Source of the DNA: Eubacteriales bacterium
GTDB lineage: Bacteria; Bacillota; Clostridia; Oscillospirales; CAG-272
Assembly (NCBI GenBank): GCA_045536065.1
Contig: JAZSMV010000019.1
Location: 1-59,097 of the forward strand
Direction of reading: 5' to 3'
Length of the DNA: 59,097 bases
Part shown: positions 56,733 through 59,097 of the stretch, in pieces
Layout of the letters: the number at the start of each line of letters is the position of its first letter
Position numbering within the stretch: position 1 is the stretch's first letter
The notes under the pieces: model-generated
Databases searched by the model: none
Seen by the model: only the letters and a program-made list of their open reading frames with translations
Told to the model about the DNA's origin: nothing
Position numbers and translations under genes: made by a program

Positions 56733-56775
56733 AAAAAGCAGTATTTGGTAAATTCTACCGTATACTGCTTTTTTC
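56733..56775 (+). terminator. rho-independent terminator after dnaJ
   Basis: AAAAAGCAGTAT-(loop)-ATACTGCTTTTTT. Confidence 0.8.
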
Positions 56776-56933
56776 TTACTAATTATAAGACACAAAATAT
56801 AATATGCTAATTTTTACCAATTAACATAAAAATAAAAAATCGGCAGATAAAACCACAATTAAAGTGGAAATATCAACCGATTTCAAAGTTTTATTTTACA
56901 TTTTAATATCTTTTGTAAACAAAAATCAAAAAT

Positions 56934-57581
56934 TCAAATTAAATTAACCTTTGTGACCCCAACCTCAGATAAATGAGCGTCATTTGAATATTCCAAAGGA
57001 GTAAAATTGCCATTTTCAAAGGATAAAATTGAATATGATGCATTAGTAGGAAATGCAATCTCATCTGCTAATCTATCAAAGCTTATACCCGATATTATTC
57101 CACAAAAAGATCTGATAACCGCTGCATGAGCGGCAACAAGTATGGTTTTATCAGGATTGTCATTACAAATCCGAACAATTTCTTCATAAAAACGCTCCCC
57201 GGCAGCCCTTACGTTCTCTCCTCCAGGAAAAGTAAAGGTTCCAAAGGATGCTTTCCACTGTTTTTCGAATAATTCCCTGCCCCAATGCTCGATTAAATAA
57301 TCCACGTTATTGTTTTCCCAGTCTCCTGCATAGGCTTCTCTTAGTTTTTCGCTGCTAATTACCTCTAAATTTCGCAATTTTGCGTGAAAAAGCGCTGTAT
57401 TATAGGCTCTTTTGAGGTCAGAAGAGTAAATTTTATCTATTTTTTCGGATTTCAAATGATTTGCTGTTGCTTCAGCCTGCTTATAACCCAGCTCGGACAG
57501 ATCAAGATCCGTATGACCAAGAAATGTCCTTGTAAGGTTTCCTATGCTTTGTCCGTGACGAACAAGTATTATTTTTGTCAT
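56934..57581 (-). CDS. histidine phosphatase (phosphoglycerate-mutase-like) family protein
   Basis: 215-aa ORF with LVRHGQSIGN and a downstream AAHAAVIR segment. Confidence 0.85.
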   Translation of the reverse strand: MTKIILVRHGQSIGNLTRTFLGHTDLDLSELGYKQAEATANHLKSEKIDKIYSSDLKRAYNTALFHAKLRNLEVISSEKLREAYAGDWENNNVDYLIEHWGRELFEKQWKASFGTFTFPGGENVRAAGERFYEEIVRICNDNPDKTILVAAHAAVIRSFCGIISGISFDRLADEIAFPTNASYSILSFENGNFTPLEYSNDAHLSEVGVTKVNLI

Positions 57582-57685
57582 ATATTCTTTCCTTTATGGT
57601 AAATAATTTACATTATTATATAATATTTAGAAGAAAAAGTCAAGTTTTTCACTGATTAATCGAGAAAATTCCCGTTATCCACCAA

Positions 57686-57701
57686 TGTTTCACGTGAAAC
57701 A
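57686..57701. promoter_or_regulatory. parS site 1
   Basis: TGTTTCACGTGAAACA, a perfect 16-bp palindrome matching the Spo0J/ParB parS consensus TGTTNCACGTGAAACA. Confidence 0.85.
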
Positions 57702-57746
57702 TTGTTTTTTTTACTATTTGATTGCTTAAAATTCTATACAAATGAT

Positions 57747-57762
57747 TGTTTCACGTGAAACA
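57747..57762. promoter_or_regulatory. parS site 2
   Basis: TGTTTCACGTGAAACA. The palindrome extends to GATTGTTTCACGTGAAACAATC. Confidence 0.85.
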
Positions 57763-57886
57763 ATCACTTTTTTAAAAAAACAACGTATATGATTAAACAT
57801 TACTATTTTAATTAATCAAAGTATCGCAAAATACAGATACTGGTTAGTTATGTTTGAATTTGTGAAAATTAATTATAAAAAACAAT

Positions 57887-57902
57887 TGTTTCACGTGAAA
57901 CA
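57887..57902. promoter_or_regulatory. parS site 3
   Basis: TGTTTCACGTGAAACA. Confidence 0.85.
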
Positions 57903-57979
57903 TGGGATGTTATTCTATTTACTATCTATTATAAAGGGAAAAATATTGTAATTATCATTATATAGTGCTTTTTTTCTAT

Positions 57980-57995
57980 TGTTTCACGTGAAACA
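57980..57995. promoter_or_regulatory. parS site 4
   Basis: TGTTTCACGTGAAACA. The palindrome extends to TCTATTGTTTCACGTGAAACAATAGA. It lies 32 bp upstream of the parA -35. Confidence 0.85.
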
Positions 57996-58026
57996 ATAGA
58001 AATTTACTGAAAATAAAGCAAAATGA

Positions 58027-58055
58027 TTGACTTTTAGGCTTATATATAGTATAAT
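58027..58055 (+). promoter_or_regulatory. sigma-A-type promoter for parA
   Basis: TTGACT (58027-58032), 17-nt spacer, TATAAT (58050-58055). Confidence 0.6.
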
Positions 58056-58107
58056 ATAGGTGTATAATTATAAAATACAGTTAATTTTAGCTTATTTGGA
58101 GGAAAAT

Positions 58108-58869
58108 ATGGCAAAGGTTATATCCTTTTCTAACCAAAAGGGTGGTGTAGGAAAGACTACTTCTTGCGTAAATATCTCTGCACAGATCGCAAATAAGGGT
58201 AAAAAGGTCCTTATGATAGATATGGATCCGCAGGGAAATGCTACAAGTGGCCTTGGATTACAGAAATCTAAAATAAAAAACACTACCTACGACGTAATTA
58301 TCGGCAGATGTGACATCTCCGAAGCAATTATTAAGACCAGATTTAAGAATTTATCGGTTGTTCCTGCTAATATTTCGCTTGCAGGAGCTGAAATCGAGCT
58401 TCAGGAGCTTGATGAGAACCTTAATTTCACAAAAATAGCTCTTGATTCCATCAAAGACCAGTTTGATTATATCTTTATCGACTGTCCCCCCTCGCTTGGA
58501 ATGCTTACTGTAAAGGCATTATCGGTATCTGACGGCGTTGTTATCCCTATGCAGTGCGAATTTTACTCGCTTGAGGGTATGTCGCAGCTCTTAAACACCG
58601 TAAAAAAGATCAAAAGCCTTTATAATCCCACACTTCAGGTGGTTGGAATACTGCTCACAATGTATAACGGACGTCTTACATTGACCGGACAGGTAGTTGC
58701 AGAGCTTAAAAAGTACTATGCAGACCTTCTTTTCAAGGTTCCGATCTCCAGAACAGTACGAATTTCCGAAGCTCCCGGCTATGGCGAGCCCATTTGCTAC
58801 CACGATCCTTATGGAAAAGGCTCTCTTGAGTATGCTGCAGTAGCAAAAGAGCTTATGCTTCGAATCTAA
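58108..58869 (+). CDS. parA: ParA/Soj chromosome-partitioning ATPase
   Basis: The ATG at 58108 follows RBS GGAGG. Product MAKVISFSNQKGGVGKTT carries the deviant Walker A. IDMDPQGNAT and IFIDCPPSLG motifs are present. Confidence 0.93.
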   Translation: MAKVISFSNQKGGVGKTTSCVNISAQIANKGKKVLMIDMDPQGNATSGLGLQKSKIKNTTYDVIIGRCDISEAIIKTRFKNLSVVPANISLAGAEIELQELDENLNFTKIALDSIKDQFDYIFIDCPPSLGMLTVKALSVSDGVVIPMQCEFYSLEGMSQLLNTVKKIKSLYNPTLQVVGILLTMYNGRLTLTGQVVAELKKYYADLLFKVPISRTVRISEAPGYGEPICYHDPYGKGSLEYAAVAKELMLRI

Positions 58870-59097
58870 TTGTGCTTATTTTATTTGTCTGATTAGTTTT
58901 TAGTAATATTTGGCAATTTTTGGTACATAAATATTGAATTTTTCAACAAATTTAACCATATTTTGCCAAAAGTTTTCCACATTTTTAATGTTTATAGTGT
59001 TGAAAACTTGTTATTTAGGTGTGTTAAATCTATTTTACTATTGGAAAAACAGCATATTTTCCTTTATTTTTCAATAGATTTCGCATTTTTCCTAAAG

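Noticed and set aside
57582-59097. Calling this region oriC
   Set aside because: Only two isolated 8/9 DnaA-box-like sites (57675-57683 and 58973-58981) are visible. There is no cluster, no dnaA or dnaN in the window, and no way to compute replicon-wide skew here.

Overview
This 59.1-kb window is chromosomal DNA from a low-GC Gram-positive, Clostridia-like genome (taxonomy is inference). The evidence is the CIRCE/hrcA-grpE-dnaK-dnaJ operon, rny-ymdB, DegV, a type-1B pyrK/pyrD pair and AT-rich spacers with near-consensus sigma-A promoters. Gene content is almost entirely housekeeping. It includes two tRNAs, pfkA, holA, asnA, a seven-gene pyrimidine operon (pyrC-carB-pyrK-pyrD-pyrF-pyrE-pyrB, minus strand), nrdD, rnhA, trpS, maf, nth, tcdA, mnmG and parA. 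It also includes two MacB-like ABC fusion proteins, a MATE and an MFS transporter, a secreted nuclease and several lipoproteins. I saw no transposase, integrase, phage gene, CRISPR array or recognisable defence or toxin cassette. I therefore cannot honestly name a multi-gene novel system. The structure left unexplained is non-coding or domain-level. (1) A 1.2-kb ORF-free spacer between convergent genes (45000-46202) has mirrored A/T strand asymmetry, stacked bidirectional hairpins and 21-bp-phased repeats. (2) A (GAATGCA)n heptamer tandem repeat sits directly after the stop codons of carB, pyrK and pyrB and nowhere else in the window. (3) Two extra copies of the tRNA-Thr 3' end build long nested helices in a GC-rich tRNA spacer. 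(4) Four perfect parS palindromes are clustered upstream of a parA that has no adjacent parB in the window. (5) PyrB is fused to a PyrI-type zinc domain. (6) An MFS gene is split by a single in-frame TAA. (7) A GC-rich structured element and a 28-bp tandem operator-like repeat lie in a convergent spacer. All calls come from reading the ORF translations and the sequence by eye. No database search, folding program or statistics were run. Start codons were chosen from RBS spacing and may be off by a few codons.
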